A stretch of DNA of 64,000 bases, taken from NCBI GenBank assembly GCA_045577175.1, contig JAZNHT010000017.1:18686-82685 (forward strand), in the 5' to 3' direction. The stretch comes from Eubacteriales bacterium. Lineage in GTDB: Bacteria; Bacillota; Clostridia; Oscillospirales; CAG-272. Made by a program: the position numbers and the translations under genes. Positions 27,041 through 36,398 of the stretch are shown in pieces (within the stretch, counting starts at the first letter, position 1; each line of letters opens with the position of its first letter). Under the pieces are notes generated by a model, which worked only from the letters and a program-made list of their open reading frames with translations, did not search any database and was not told where the DNA came from.

Positions 27041-27283
27041 ATGAAAGAAGTAAAAATTCGTTTGTCCTCTATTCAGGACGTCCGTACGTTTGTGGATACG
27101 GTGACCAAGTATAATATCGATATAGATCTGTCCTCCGGACGTTACGTGGTTGATGCGAAATCTATCATGGGTATCTTCAGTCTGGATCTGCTCAGTCCGA
27201 TTACGCTGGTTGCACAGACGGACGATGCCGCGCAGGTAGAGGCACTTCTTGCCGATCTGAAGGATTTCATCGTAGAGGAATAA
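27041..27283 (+). CDS. HPr-like phosphocarrier-domain protein lacking His15 (Crh-like)
   Basis: MKEVKIRLSSIQDVRTF.. has Q where HPr has GLHARPA. AKSIMGIFSL retains Ser46. C-terminal LVAQTDDAAQVEALLADLKDF parallels Crh. AAAGGAG RBS. Confidence 0.65.
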   Translation: MKEVKIRLSSIQDVRTFVDTVTKYNIDIDLSSGRYVVDAKSIMGIFSLDLLSPITLVAQTDDAAQVEALLADLKDFIVEE

Positions 27284-27295
27284 AGAAAAGCAAAA

Positions 27296-27325
27296 GAAAA
27301 AGGACGGGTGACCGTCCTTTTTTGT
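27296..27325. terminator. bidirectional intrinsic terminator
   Basis: A-run, GGACGG-gtga-CCGTCC, then TTTTTTG. Confidence 0.65.
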
Positions 27326-27326
27326 T

Positions 27327-29075
27327 TTACTGTGCGAACTGGCTGTTGTACAGATTTGCGTAAAATCCGTCTTTGGCGAGCAGCTCGCCGTGCCGTCCCT
27401 GCTCGACGATGTTGCCGTCACGCATCACGAGGATTACATCCGCCTCACGGATTGTGGAGAGACGGTGCGCCACGATGAAGCTCGTGCGTCCTTTCATCAT
27501 GCGTGCAAACGCCTCCTGAATCTTTGCTTCGGTGCGCGTGTCGATCGAGGAGGTCGCCTCGTCCAGAATCAGAATCGGCGGCAGGCAGAGCATCACGCGT
27601 GTGATACAGAGCAGCTGCTTTTGTCCCGCGGACAGGCTGCCTCCGTCCTCGCCGATTACGGTATCGTATCCGTCGGGCAGACGGCGGATGAAGCTGTGCG
27701 CGTGTGCCGCTTTCGCCGCATCGATCATTTCTTCGTCGGTTGCGTCGGGACGTCCCATTTTGATGTTCTCGCGGATCGTGCCCGATTTCAGCCACGTGTC
27801 CTGGAGTACCATACCGATGTTCTGCCTCAGCGAGGCGCGTGTGAGAGCGCGGATGTCCGTGCCGTCGGCAAGGATGGCACCGGCATCTACGTCGTAAAAA
27901 CGCATCAGCAGATTGATGACCGTCGTTTTTCCGCATCCGGTCGGTCCGACAATGGCGACGCGCTGTCCCGGGCGCACGTGCAGATTGAAATCGCGGATCA
28001 GCGGTCGCTCGGGTACGTAGGAGAACGATACCTCCTTTACGTCAATTTCTCCTGAGGCTTCCGTTAAAACGGCGGCGTCCGCTTGGTCGGGCGTCTCCGT
28101 CGGCGCTTCGATCAGCTCAAACAGACGGGAGGCACACGCCAGCGCATTTTGCAGCTCCGTGATGACGCCCGAGATTTCGTTGAAAGGCTTCGCGTACTGC
28201 GTTGCGTAGCTGAGAAAGCACGTCAGTCCGCCGACCGTGATCGCACCCAAAAGGGCGGCAAACGCGCCCGAAAGCGCAACGGCGGCGTAGATCAGGTTGT
28301 TCAGCACTCTTGTGCTCGGATTGACCAGGGAAGAGAAGAACACCGCCTTGAGGGAGCATTTTTCGAGCCTATCCCCAATCTCATCGAATTGCAGAAGTAC
28401 GTCGTCCTCCTTTGAAAATGCCTGCACGACCTTCTGCCCGGAGAGCATTTCGTCAATCAGCGCGGTCTGCTCACCGCGCACCTCCGACTGCGCACGGAAG
28501 AAACGGTACGTTTTTGTTGCGATAAACCGTGCCAGAAGGAGCGACATCGGCGTCAGAACAACGACCACCGCCGTGATGCCCACGTGGATTGTCAGCATGA
28601 ATACAAGCGTGCCGAGGATCGTTACAACGCCGGTGAACAGCTGTGTGAAGCCCATCAGAAGCCCGTCTGCCAGCTGATCCGCGTCGGTGATGACACGGCT
28701 GACCGTCGCGCCTGTCGGATGCGTGTCGGTGTAGGAAAGCGGCAGCTTCTGAATCCGTGAGAACGCTTCGTTTCTGAGATCGCGTACCACGCCGTAGGTA
28801 ATGCGGTTGTTTATCATGTTCATGATCCACTGCGAAAGTGCCGCGCCGGCAACAATCACGATAATCTTCAAAAGAAGCGGTCGGATCACGTCAAAGCGCA
28901 CCGCCCCCGCCTCGGTGATTGCGTCGATTGCCTCACCGATGAGGATCGGGACGTAGAGCGACAGTGCCACGGTTACGGTGGCAAGCAGCAGGGAGAAAAT
29001 CAGAAAAACGCGGTATTTTTTGATGTGAGACAGCACCTTTCCGAGCGTGCCGCGCGAGGCTTTTTCTTTTGCCAT
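27327..29075 (-). CDS. ABC transporter ATP-binding/permease protein (type I exporter half-transporter)
   Basis: Six-helix TMD followed by an NBD with Walker A GPTGCGKTT and LSAGQKQ. Start MAKEKAS. ATGA overlap with the upstream partner. Confidence 0.8.
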   Translation of the reverse strand: MAKEKASRGTLGKVLSHIKKYRVFLIFSLLLATVTVALSLYVPILIGEAIDAITEAGAVRFDVIRPLLLKIIVIVAGAALSQWIMNMINNRITYGVVRDLRNEAFSRIQKLPLSYTDTHPTGATVSRVITDADQLADGLLMGFTQLFTGVVTILGTLVFMLTIHVGITAVVVVLTPMSLLLARFIATKTYRFFRAQSEVRGEQTALIDEMLSGQKVVQAFSKEDDVLLQFDEIGDRLEKCSLKAVFFSSLVNPSTRVLNNLIYAAVALSGAFAALLGAITVGGLTCFLSYATQYAKPFNEISGVITELQNALACASRLFELIEAPTETPDQADAAVLTEASGEIDVKEVSFSYVPERPLIRDFNLHVRPGQRVAIVGPTGCGKTTVINLLMRFYDVDAGAILADGTDIRALTRASLRQNIGMVLQDTWLKSGTIRENIKMGRPDATDEEMIDAAKAAHAHSFIRRLPDGYDTVIGEDGGSLSAGQKQLLCITRVMLCLPPILILDEATSSIDTRTEAKIQEAFARMMKGRTSFIVAHRLSTIREADVILVMRDGNIVEQGRHGELLAKDGFYANLYNSQFAQ

Positions 29076-30808
29076 CAGACTGCCGCCTCCTTTTTGAACT
29101 GGGAATCGTAGATCTCGCGGTAGATTTCGCACGTTTCAAGCAGAGATTCGTGCGTGCCGATCGCGGCAATCTCGCCGTCATCAAGCACGATGATCTGATC
29201 CGCGTGCGCGATCGATGAGGTGCGCTGGGAGACGATGAATACGGTCATCTCGCCGTCCAGTGCCTTGAGCGCACGGCGGAGGGCGGCATCCGTTGCAAAA
29301 TCGAGCGCGGATGCGCTGTCGTCCAGAATCAGAATCTCCGGCTTCCGCACAAGCGCCCGTGCAATCGTCAAACGCTGTCTCTGTCCGCCGGACAGATTCC
29401 GTCCGCCTGCCTCAATCACGAAGTCCAGACCGCCGTCCTTGTCCTCCACGACCTTCTTTGCCTGCGCGGTCTCCAGTGCCGCCCACAGCTCTGCATCCGT
29501 CGCGTCGGGATTGCCGTAGAGAAGATTCTCGCGCACGGTGCCGCGGAAAAGGAGTGCCTTTTGCGGTACGGTGCCGATCTTTTTGCGGAGCACGTCCGTG
29601 TCATAGGCGCGGACATCCACGCCGCCGACCGTCACACAGCCCTCGCTTACGTCATAGAATCGCGGGATCAGGTTCACGAGCGATGTTTTGCCGCTGCCCG
29701 TGCCGCCGATTACGCCGACAGTCTCTCCTTTTTTTACGGAGAGGGAAATTTTCTCCAGCGAGGGCGCACCTGCACCGCGGTAGGTGAGCATCACGTTTTC
29801 AAAACGTACCGCATCATCGTTTTTGACATCTGCCGAAATTTCGGGATACTCCTTCATCCCCGCAGGGATTTCGAGCACCGCCTCCACGCGGTTTCCGCAG
29901 GCGACCGCTTTCGTGATCGTGATAAACAGATCCGCCGCCTTGATAAGCTCAATAAGAATCTGCGACATATAGTTGTACAAAGCAATCACGGCACCCTGCG
30001 TGAGGATACCTGCCTGAACGCGGAGCGCGCCCTTGTGAATCAGCCATACGGTTGCGAGATTGATGATGACGAACGTCACGGGATTCATGAGTGCGGAGAT
30101 GCGCCCGACAAATTTCTGCCGTGCGGTGAGCGCGTCGTTCTTTTCGCGGAAATCCGCCTCCTCCGTCTTTTCTCGGCAGAACGCGCGGATCACACGGATG
30201 CCCGTGAGATTCTCGCGCACCGATCTGAGCACGCCGTCAAGTGCCTTCTGCACCTTTTTGTAAAGCGGAATGCTTGCAAGCATCACGCTGAAAACAACGA
30301 CGAAAAGGGCAGGGATGGCGACCGCAAACGTGAGCGCGGCCTTCGTGTCGATCGTGAACGCCATGACCATTGCGCCGAACACGACGAACGGCGAACGGAG
30401 CAGCAGGCGGAGCGAGAGATTCACACCCGTCTGAATCTGATTCATGTCGCTCGTGATACGGGTAATCATCGTGGAGGTGCCAAGCGTGTCGAGCTCCTCA
30501 TAGGAGAGCTTGCCCAGATGTGCAAACAAAGCGTGCTTGACGCGCGTGACGAATCCGACCGCGGTTTTGGCGGCGAAATACTGCGCCGTGATCGAAAACA
30601 GATACCCGACAATGCCGAGTGCGGCGAGAAGCAGGCACATCCGCAGGATGTAGCCCTTGTCCGCGTTCCCGATGCCCTTGTCAATTACGTTGGCGATTAC
30701 CAGCGGCACGAGCAGCTCCAAGGTCGCCTCAATCAGCTTGAAAAGCGGACTCAGAACGATCGCGCGTCCGTACCCCTTCATGTATACAAACAGCTTTTTC
30801 ACAGTCAA
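29075..30808 (-). CDS. ABC transporter ATP-binding/permease protein (partner half-transporter)
   Basis: TMD plus NBD with GGTGSGKTS and LSGGQRQ; forms a heterodimeric exporter pair with the gene above. Confidence 0.8.
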   Translation of the reverse strand: MTVKKLFVYMKGYGRAIVLSPLFKLIEATLELLVPLVIANVIDKGIGNADKGYILRMCLLLAALGIVGYLFSITAQYFAAKTAVGFVTRVKHALFAHLGKLSYEELDTLGTSTMITRITSDMNQIQTGVNLSLRLLLRSPFVVFGAMVMAFTIDTKAALTFAVAIPALFVVVFSVMLASIPLYKKVQKALDGVLRSVRENLTGIRVIRAFCREKTEEADFREKNDALTARQKFVGRISALMNPVTFVIINLATVWLIHKGALRVQAGILTQGAVIALYNYMSQILIELIKAADLFITITKAVACGNRVEAVLEIPAGMKEYPEISADVKNDDAVRFENVMLTYRGAGAPSLEKISLSVKKGETVGVIGGTGSGKTSLVNLIPRFYDVSEGCVTVGGVDVRAYDTDVLRKKIGTVPQKALLFRGTVRENLLYGNPDATDAELWAALETAQAKKVVEDKDGGLDFVIEAGGRNLSGGQRQRLTIARALVRKPEILILDDSASALDFATDAALRRALKALDGEMTVFIVSQRTSSIAHADQIIVLDDGEIAAIGTHESLLETCEIYREIYDSQFKKEAAV

Positions 30809-30893
30809 ATCCTTTTCTGTCTGAATTTTTACCTATACAGTATAGCATAAAATTTCCCGTTTGAAAAGTGCCTTTTTGATTTTCGCCGTACTC

Positions 30894-30922
30894 TTGACAA
30901 AAACGTGCGTATGCGGTACAAT
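30894..30922 (+). promoter_or_regulatory. sigma-70 promoter for the aminopeptidase gene
   Basis: TTGACA, a 17-nt spacer, then TACAAT. Confidence 0.55.
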
Positions 30923-30955
30923 TTTATCATAAGATGTACCGAGAGGAGAATCATT

Positions 30956-32254
30956 ATGTCTAAGTCTACAACGGAAAAGCTACTTTCCTTTATTGAAAAA
31001 TGCCCCTCCGCATTTCATGCGGCAGAGACTGTTGCAAGCCGATTGAAAGATGCCGGATTTACCGCGCTCAGCGAGGGTGACGCGTGGGAGATCGTGCCGG
31101 GCGGCAAATATTTCGTTACGCGCGGAGGCTCGTCCGTGATCGCGTTTGCCGTACCGACGGGAGACGTGCGCTCTTTTATGATGTGCGCGTCGCACACCGA
31201 CAGCCCCACGTTCAAGCTGAAGGAGAATCCCGAAAAGGAGTCCGCAGGATATATCCAGCTTCATACGGAACGATACGGCGGTATGCTCTGCGCATCGTGG
31301 TTTGATCGACCGCTGTCCGTGGCGGGACGTGTCGCTGTCCGTGCGGACGGACGGATTCTCACGAAAACGGTCGCTATCGACCGCGATCTTGTTATGATCC
31401 CCAGCGTGGCGATTCACATGAACCGAAACGCCAACGACGGCGCGAGCTATAATGCCAACGTCGATATGTTCCCCTTGTTCGGTGATGCCGCCGATCGCGG
31501 CGGTGTCCGTGCGATGATCGCAAAGGAAGCAGATGTCGCCGAGGAGGATATTCTCGGCGCAGATCTGTTCCTTTATAACCGTCAGCCGGGTACCGTGTGG
31601 GGCGCGGCTGAGCAATACGTGTCCGCGCCGCGTCTGGATGATCTCCAGTGCGCGTTTGCGTCGCTTGAGGCATTTGTCGCCGCGGAAGCCGGTGAGTCGA
31701 TCCCCGTTCTCGCCGTTCTCGATAACGAGGAGGTCGGCAGTCAGACGAAGCAGGGCGCGGCATCTACGTTTCTGTTCGATGTGCTTACCCGTGCCGCCGA
31801 GGCACTCTCGCTTGATTACCGCCGCCTGATTGCCGCATCCTTCCTCGTGTCCGCCGATAACGCGCACGCCGTGCATCCGAATCATCCCGAATTTGCCGAT
31901 GCATACCACCGTCCGCGAATGAATGGCGGTATCGTTATCAAGCAAAATGCGAACCAGCGGTATACCACCGATGCCGTCTCGCAGGCGATCTTTGCCGAAA
32001 TCTGTAAATCGGCGGACGTGCCCGTGCAGTTTTTTGCCAACCGTTCCGATATGGTCGGCGGCTCCACACTCGGCAATATCGCGAATACGCAGGTGTCGCT
32101 CAATACTGTCGATGTCGGACTTGCCCAGCTTGCCATGCATTCCTCTTATGAGACGGCAGGCGTTGCGGATACCGATTACATGATCCGTGCGCTCACAAAG
32201 CTGTTCTCCTCCTCACTGAAGGCGAACGGCGACGGCTCGTACACGATCTGCTGA
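30956..32254 (+). CDS. M18-family aminopeptidase
   Basis: MSKSTTEKLLSFIEKCPSAFHA...; GAGAGGAG RBS; overall M18/M42-like architecture. Confidence 0.7.
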   Translation: MSKSTTEKLLSFIEKCPSAFHAAETVASRLKDAGFTALSEGDAWEIVPGGKYFVTRGGSSVIAFAVPTGDVRSFMMCASHTDSPTFKLKENPEKESAGYIQLHTERYGGMLCASWFDRPLSVAGRVAVRADGRILTKTVAIDRDLVMIPSVAIHMNRNANDGASYNANVDMFPLFGDAADRGGVRAMIAKEADVAEEDILGADLFLYNRQPGTVWGAAEQYVSAPRLDDLQCAFASLEAFVAAEAGESIPVLAVLDNEEVGSQTKQGAASTFLFDVLTRAAEALSLDYRRLIAASFLVSADNAHAVHPNHPEFADAYHRPRMNGGIVIKQNANQRYTTDAVSQAIFAEICKSADVPVQFFANRSDMVGGSTLGNIANTQVSLNTVDVGLAQLAMHSSYETAGVADTDYMIRALTKLFSSSLKANGDGSYTIC

Positions 32255-32335
32255 CCCTGTTGAAAAGTTTTCGTCCGCCTTTTTCAAAAGGCGGCAGGAT
32301 CCAAGGGCGGCGCCCTTGGTCGCACCTTACTCCCA

Positions 32336-32366
32336 TACCTCGCTTCGGCGAGGTATATTTTTTTCT
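32336..32366 (+). terminator. intrinsic terminator after the aminopeptidase gene
   Basis: ACCTCGC-ttcg-GCGAGGT followed by ATATTTTTTTCTGTTTTT. Two further hairpins precede it. Confidence 0.6.
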
Positions 32367-32465
32367 GTTTTTCATACAATTTTGTGGAAAGGGGGCGTTA
32401 TTTTGCATTTTGGACGACAATCGCGGCGGAGAACGGAAGCACCGCCGTGCCGGAAGGCGAATCCC

Positions 32466-32795
32466 TTGCGCCTGTATGCTGCGAATACGGTTGCCGTGAT
32501 CGGGTGCGTTGTGTGCGTGCTGTTTTTCTGTGCCTCTGTCAGCGGATACGTCCCCGATACGGACTATCCCGAGGAGAAATCATACGCGGCGGTCGGCGCG
32601 TTTCTGCGCGATCACGGGGCGATTGCGGATGTGCTCGGCATCGACGAATACTTTCCGCAAGAGAGTGTCAGCGTCGGTGCCTTTTCCACACGCGGGGAGG
32701 ATGCGTACCGCGCGTTTATTGAGGAAACCGAACGCAAATGGACGTTCTCCGATTACCTCCGTGATGCGTGGCGGTCACTTTTCGGACTGTCTTGA
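32466..32795 (+). CDS. possible small membrane protein; start unresolved
   Basis: Open frame with one hydrophobic helix (AVIGCVVCVLFFCASVSGYV). No ATG in frame; the TTG/GTG candidates lie at 32466-32496. Overlaps the M50 gene by 28 nt. Confidence 0.25.
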   Translation: MRLYAANTVAVIGCVVCVLFFCASVSGYVPDTDYPEEKSYAAVGAFLRDHGAIADVLGIDEYFPQESVSVGAFSTRGEDAYRAFIEETERKWTFSDYLRDAWRSLFGLS

Positions 32796-33328
32796 GACAC
32801 ATTCTGTTCTTTGCGGCAGGCTGGTCGATGCTCAACGGTTTTGCCGATACGTTGCCCGTTCTGCTTGCCGTTTTGCTCCATGAGATCGGGCATCTGATCG
32901 CTTGCCGTCTGCTCGGTGTGCGCGTGCATACGCTTCGCCCAACCGCCGCAGGTGCAGTGATCGGATACGATGCCGCATCCCTCTCCTACCCGAGAGAGAT
33001 TGCCGCCGCTTTTGCAGGTCCTCTCGTCAATTTTCTCTCGTTTTTCCTCGTTCTCGGATGTCACGGACGCACCGCAGTGCTTTTCGGGATCACCTCGCTT
33101 ACCCTTGCGCTTTTTAATCTCCTGCCGCATAAGCGTCTGGACGGCGGCGTGATTTTGTCTGCGATCCTTTCGTGTCGGTTCGGTGCGGATACTGCCGCCC
33201 GTTTCGTGCATATTCTTTCGGGAGTGCTCACCGTTCTTCTGTGGATGACCGCCGCCGCCGTCCAGATGCGGTGCGGTGGGAATCTGTCGCTTCTGCTCGT
33301 TTCCGTCTATTTGCTGATGACGATGTAA
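32768..33328 (+). CDS. small M50/site-2-protease family metalloprotease
   Basis: LLHEIGH (HExxH) in TM1 and NLLPHKRLDGG (the LDG motif). Confidence 0.65.
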   Translation: MAVTFRTVLRHILFFAAGWSMLNGFADTLPVLLAVLLHEIGHLIACRLLGVRVHTLRPTAAGAVIGYDAASLSYPREIAAAFAGPLVNFLSFFLVLGCHGRTAVLFGITSLTLALFNLLPHKRLDGGVILSAILSCRFGADTAARFVHILSGVLTVLLWMTAAAVQMRCGGNLSLLLVSVYLLMTM

Positions 33329-33474
33329 TGGTGGCATAATCTTACAAAATTTGCGAAAAAATATAAAAAAATATTGCAAAAGGGGCGCGTATATGTTACA
33401 ATTACTCAGCGCCTTTTTTTGCGCGGTCTCCGTGGAAGGAAAAGGACGCAATTTAGGAAAGAACGAGGACGAAA

Positions 33475-34581
33475 ATGGAAAAAAACAAGCTGGTTGAGCT
33501 GAAGAACATCGTCAAGGCTTTTGACGGAGAACCTGTTCTCCGCGGAATCGATCTGGATATTCATGACAACGAGTTCATGACGCTTCTCGGACCGTCCGGC
33601 TGCGGTAAAACAACCCTGCTCAGAATTATCGGCGGCTTTGCTACCGCGGATACCGGTGACGTATTCTTCGACGGCGTGCGAATCAACGATGTGCCTCCGC
33701 ACAAGCGCCAGGTTAACACAGTATTTCAGAAGTACGCACTTTTCCCCCATCTCAACGTGTATGAGAATGTGGCATTTGCCCTGCGGCTGAAAAAGACACC
33801 CGAGAAGGAAGTCGCTCAGCGTGTGGCGGAGATGCTCGATCTTGTCAATCTCCGCGGCTTTGAAAAACGTGGCGTTAATCATCTCTCCGGCGGACAGCAG
33901 CAAAGAGTTGCGATTGCCCGTGCATTGATCAGTAATCCCCGTGTGCTTTTGCTTGATGAGCCGCTGGGTGCGCTGGATCTCAAGCTGCGAAAGGACATGC
34001 AGACGGAGCTGAAGGCTTTGCAGCAGCGAACGGGAATTACCTTTATTTACGTAACACATGACCAGGAGGAGGCACTCACGATGAGCGATACCGTCGTTGT
34101 CATGAACGGCGGCGTCATTCAGCAGATCGGTACGCCTCAGGATATATATAACGAACCGACGAATATCTTCTGCGCGACGTTTATCGGGGAATCGAACATT
34201 CTCCCCGGTATCATGCACCGCGATTTTATGGTAGAGTTCGCCGGCAATAACTTCGCCTGCGTGGACAGCGGCTTTGAGCCAATGGAGCCGGTCAACGTCG
34301 TCATCCGCCCCGAGGATATTACGGTGGTGGAAGCAACGGAGGACACGATCAACGGCGTCGTCCGCCGCGTCACGTTCAAGGGCGTACATTACGAAATTAT
34401 TGTGGAGGCGTGCTCTGTGGATTGGACGATCCATTCCACCAAGGCACCCGAGGTGGGCTCCGTTGTGGGCATCACCTTCACACCGCAGGATATTCATATC
34501 ATGCACCGCTTTGAGGACGACGTCCGGGCAGGTGCGGATATTGTGCACCAATCCGGTGCGGCGGAGGCATCCGCCCAGTAA
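33475..34581 (+). CDS. potA: spermidine/putrescine ABC transporter ATP-binding protein
   Basis: [17 protein letters not shown], and a C-terminal TOBE-like domain. Confidence 0.85.
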   Translation: MEKNKLVELKNIVKAFDGEPVLRGIDLDIHDNEFMTLLGPSGCGKTTLLRIIGGFATADTGDVFFDGVRINDVPPHKRQVNTVFQKYALFPHLNVYENVAFALRLKKTPEKEVAQRVAEMLDLVNLRGFEKRGVNHLSGGQQQRVAIARALISNPRVLLLDEPLGALDLKLRKDMQTELKALQQRTGITFIYVTHDQEEALTMSDTVVVMNGGVIQQIGTPQDIYNEPTNIFCATFIGESNILPGIMHRDFMVEFAGNNFACVDSGFEPMEPVNVVIRPEDITVVEATEDTINGVVRRVTFKGVHYEIIVEACSVDWTIHSTKAPEVGSVVGITFTPQDIHIMHRFEDDVRAGADIVHQSGAAEASAQ

Positions 34582-34671
34582 AGACTATGGCAGAGTACAG
34601 TATCCGCCGTATTTGTGCCTGCGCCCGATAGGGCAAATCTTTTCTGATTCCGGCGGGGAAACGGAGTAACA

Positions 34672-35607
34672 TTGAACAAGAATGCAAAATTTGCCGCTTT
34701 TCCGTACCTTCTTTGGATGGCGGTGTTCATTATCGTGCCGCTTGCGCTGATCGTGGTGTTTGCGTTTACCACCACGGTTACGGTCGATGCCGACGGCAAT
34801 ATCCTCTCCGAAGAGGAGATTGTGGAAGTGCAGAGCGCATTTTACGAGGAATACGGTGACGATGCCGATATAGCCGAGCTCGGCCTTTCGGAAAAAACGG
34901 TGTTCACCATTCAGAATATCCTTGACGTGAGCAAGTATATGAATACCTTGCTCAACTCCATCTGGCTTGCGCTGATCGCTACGGTGATCTGCCTTTTGCT
35001 TGCGTATCCGGTGGCGTATTTTATCTCACGCCTCCATTTTACCAAGCAGAAGATGATGCTCATGCTTGCCATTCTTCCCATGTGGATGAATTTCCTTTTG
35101 CGTACCTATGCGTGGATGACGATCCTCGAGCGCAACGGTCTCTTGAACCGTCTGTTCGCGCTCGTGGGACTCGGCCCGTTTGAAATGATTAATACGCAGG
35201 GCGCGGTCGTCCTCGGCATGGTGTATAACTACCTGCCGTTCATGATTCTGCCCTTGTATTCCGTCATGACGAAGATCGACTCCCGTACAATTGAGGCGGC
35301 ACAGGATCTCGGCGCGAACGGAATGACCGTCATCGGACGCGTGATTCTGCCTCTGTCCGTGCCGGGTATCACCTCAGGCATCACGATGGTGTTTGTGCCG
35401 GCGGTCAGTACGTTTATCATCTCCCGTATGCTCGGCGGCGGTACGAACATGCTGATCGGTGACCTTATCGATTTGCAGTTCCTCGGCAACGCGTACAATC
35501 CGAACCTCGGTGCCGCAATGTCGCTTGTTCTGATGGTCTTTATCCTGCTTTGCATGACGATTACCAACTCCATTGATGACGAGGGAACGGAGGTGAGTAT
35601 GCTGTGA
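34672..35607 (+). CDS. potB: spermidine/putrescine ABC transporter permease
   Basis: Six-TM permease of the PotB type. Confidence 0.8.
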   Translation: MNKNAKFAAFPYLLWMAVFIIVPLALIVVFAFTTTVTVDADGNILSEEEIVEVQSAFYEEYGDDADIAELGLSEKTVFTIQNILDVSKYMNTLLNSIWLALIATVICLLLAYPVAYFISRLHFTKQKMMLMLAILPMWMNFLLRTYAWMTILERNGLLNRLFALVGLGPFEMINTQGAVVLGMVYNYLPFMILPLYSVMTKIDSRTIEAAQDLGANGMTVIGRVILPLSVPGITSGITMVFVPAVSTFIISRMLGGGTNMLIGDLIDLQFLGNAYNPNLGAAMSLVLMVFILLCMTITNSIDDEGTEVSML

Positions 35608-36398
35608 AAACCAATCGCTTTTCGTTTTCCAAGCTGTTTACAATCCTCATTTTCGTGTTTCTCTATGCACCGATCTTTGTGCTGATCGCCAATTCGTTCA
35701 ATGCATCCAAAAGCCGTACCATGTGGACAGGCTTTACGCTGGATTGGTATGCCAAGCTGTTCCATAACGAAACGATTCTCACAAGCCTTGCCAATTCGCT
35801 GATAGTTGCCCTCGTGGCGGCGGTCTGCGCAACGATTCTCGGCACACTTGCCGCAATCGGTATCTACAACATGAAGCCGCTGACGAGACGCGCTGTTATG
35901 AGTGTGACGAATCTTCCGAACATCAACCCCGAGATCGTCACCGGTGTGTCGCTGATGCTTTTGTTTGTCGGTCTGAATATCGAGTTCGGCTTTACCACGC
36001 TGATTCTTTCGCATATCGTGTTCTGTGTGCCGTACGTCATTCTGAACGTCATGCCGAAGCTCAGACAGATGAACGTCAGCCTTTGCGAGGCCGCGATGGA
36101 TCTCGGCTGCAACCAGCTGCAGGTGTTCCGCAAGGTCATCATTCCCGAGATCACGCCCGGCATCATTACAGGCTTCCTTATGGCGTTTACGTATTCGATC
36201 GATGACTTCGTTATCAGCTACTTCACCTACGGTGCCAAAGCGCAGACGTTGTCTATCACGATTTTCTCCATGACGCGCCGCAAGGTCAGCCCCGAGGTCA
36301 ACGCACTCTCCGCGATCATTTTTGTTGTCGTGCTCGTTATCCTTCTGATTATCAATATTATGGATATTCGTAAGCATAAAAAGGAGGCAAGACGATGA
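35604..36398 (+). CDS. potC: spermidine/putrescine ABC transporter permease
   Basis: PotC type; 4-nt overlaps with potB and potD. Confidence 0.8.
   Translation: MKTNRFSFSKLFTILIFVFLYAPIFVLIANSFNASKSRTMWTGFTLDWYAKLFHNETILTSLANSLIVALVAAVCATILGTLAAIGIYNMKPLTRRAVMSVTNLPNINPEIVTGVSLMLLFVGLNIEFGFTTLILSHIVFCVPYVILNVMPKLRQMNVSLCEAAMDLGCNQLQVFRKVIIPEITPGIITGFLMAFTYSIDDFVISYFTYGAKAQTLSITIFSMTRRKVSPEVNALSAIIFVVVLVILLIINIMDIRKHKKEARR

Noticed and set aside
32316-32465. Upstream portion of track ORF 32316..32795
   Set aside because: It overlaps the terminator hairpin and U-tract of the aminopeptidase gene (32336-32366), so translation cannot start there. Only the part after about 32466 is retained as a low-confidence ORF.
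33375-33401. Promoter call for potA (TTGCAA ... TACAAT)
   Set aside because: The spacer is only 15 nt with these hexamers and the alternatives are poor, so it is not listed as a feature.
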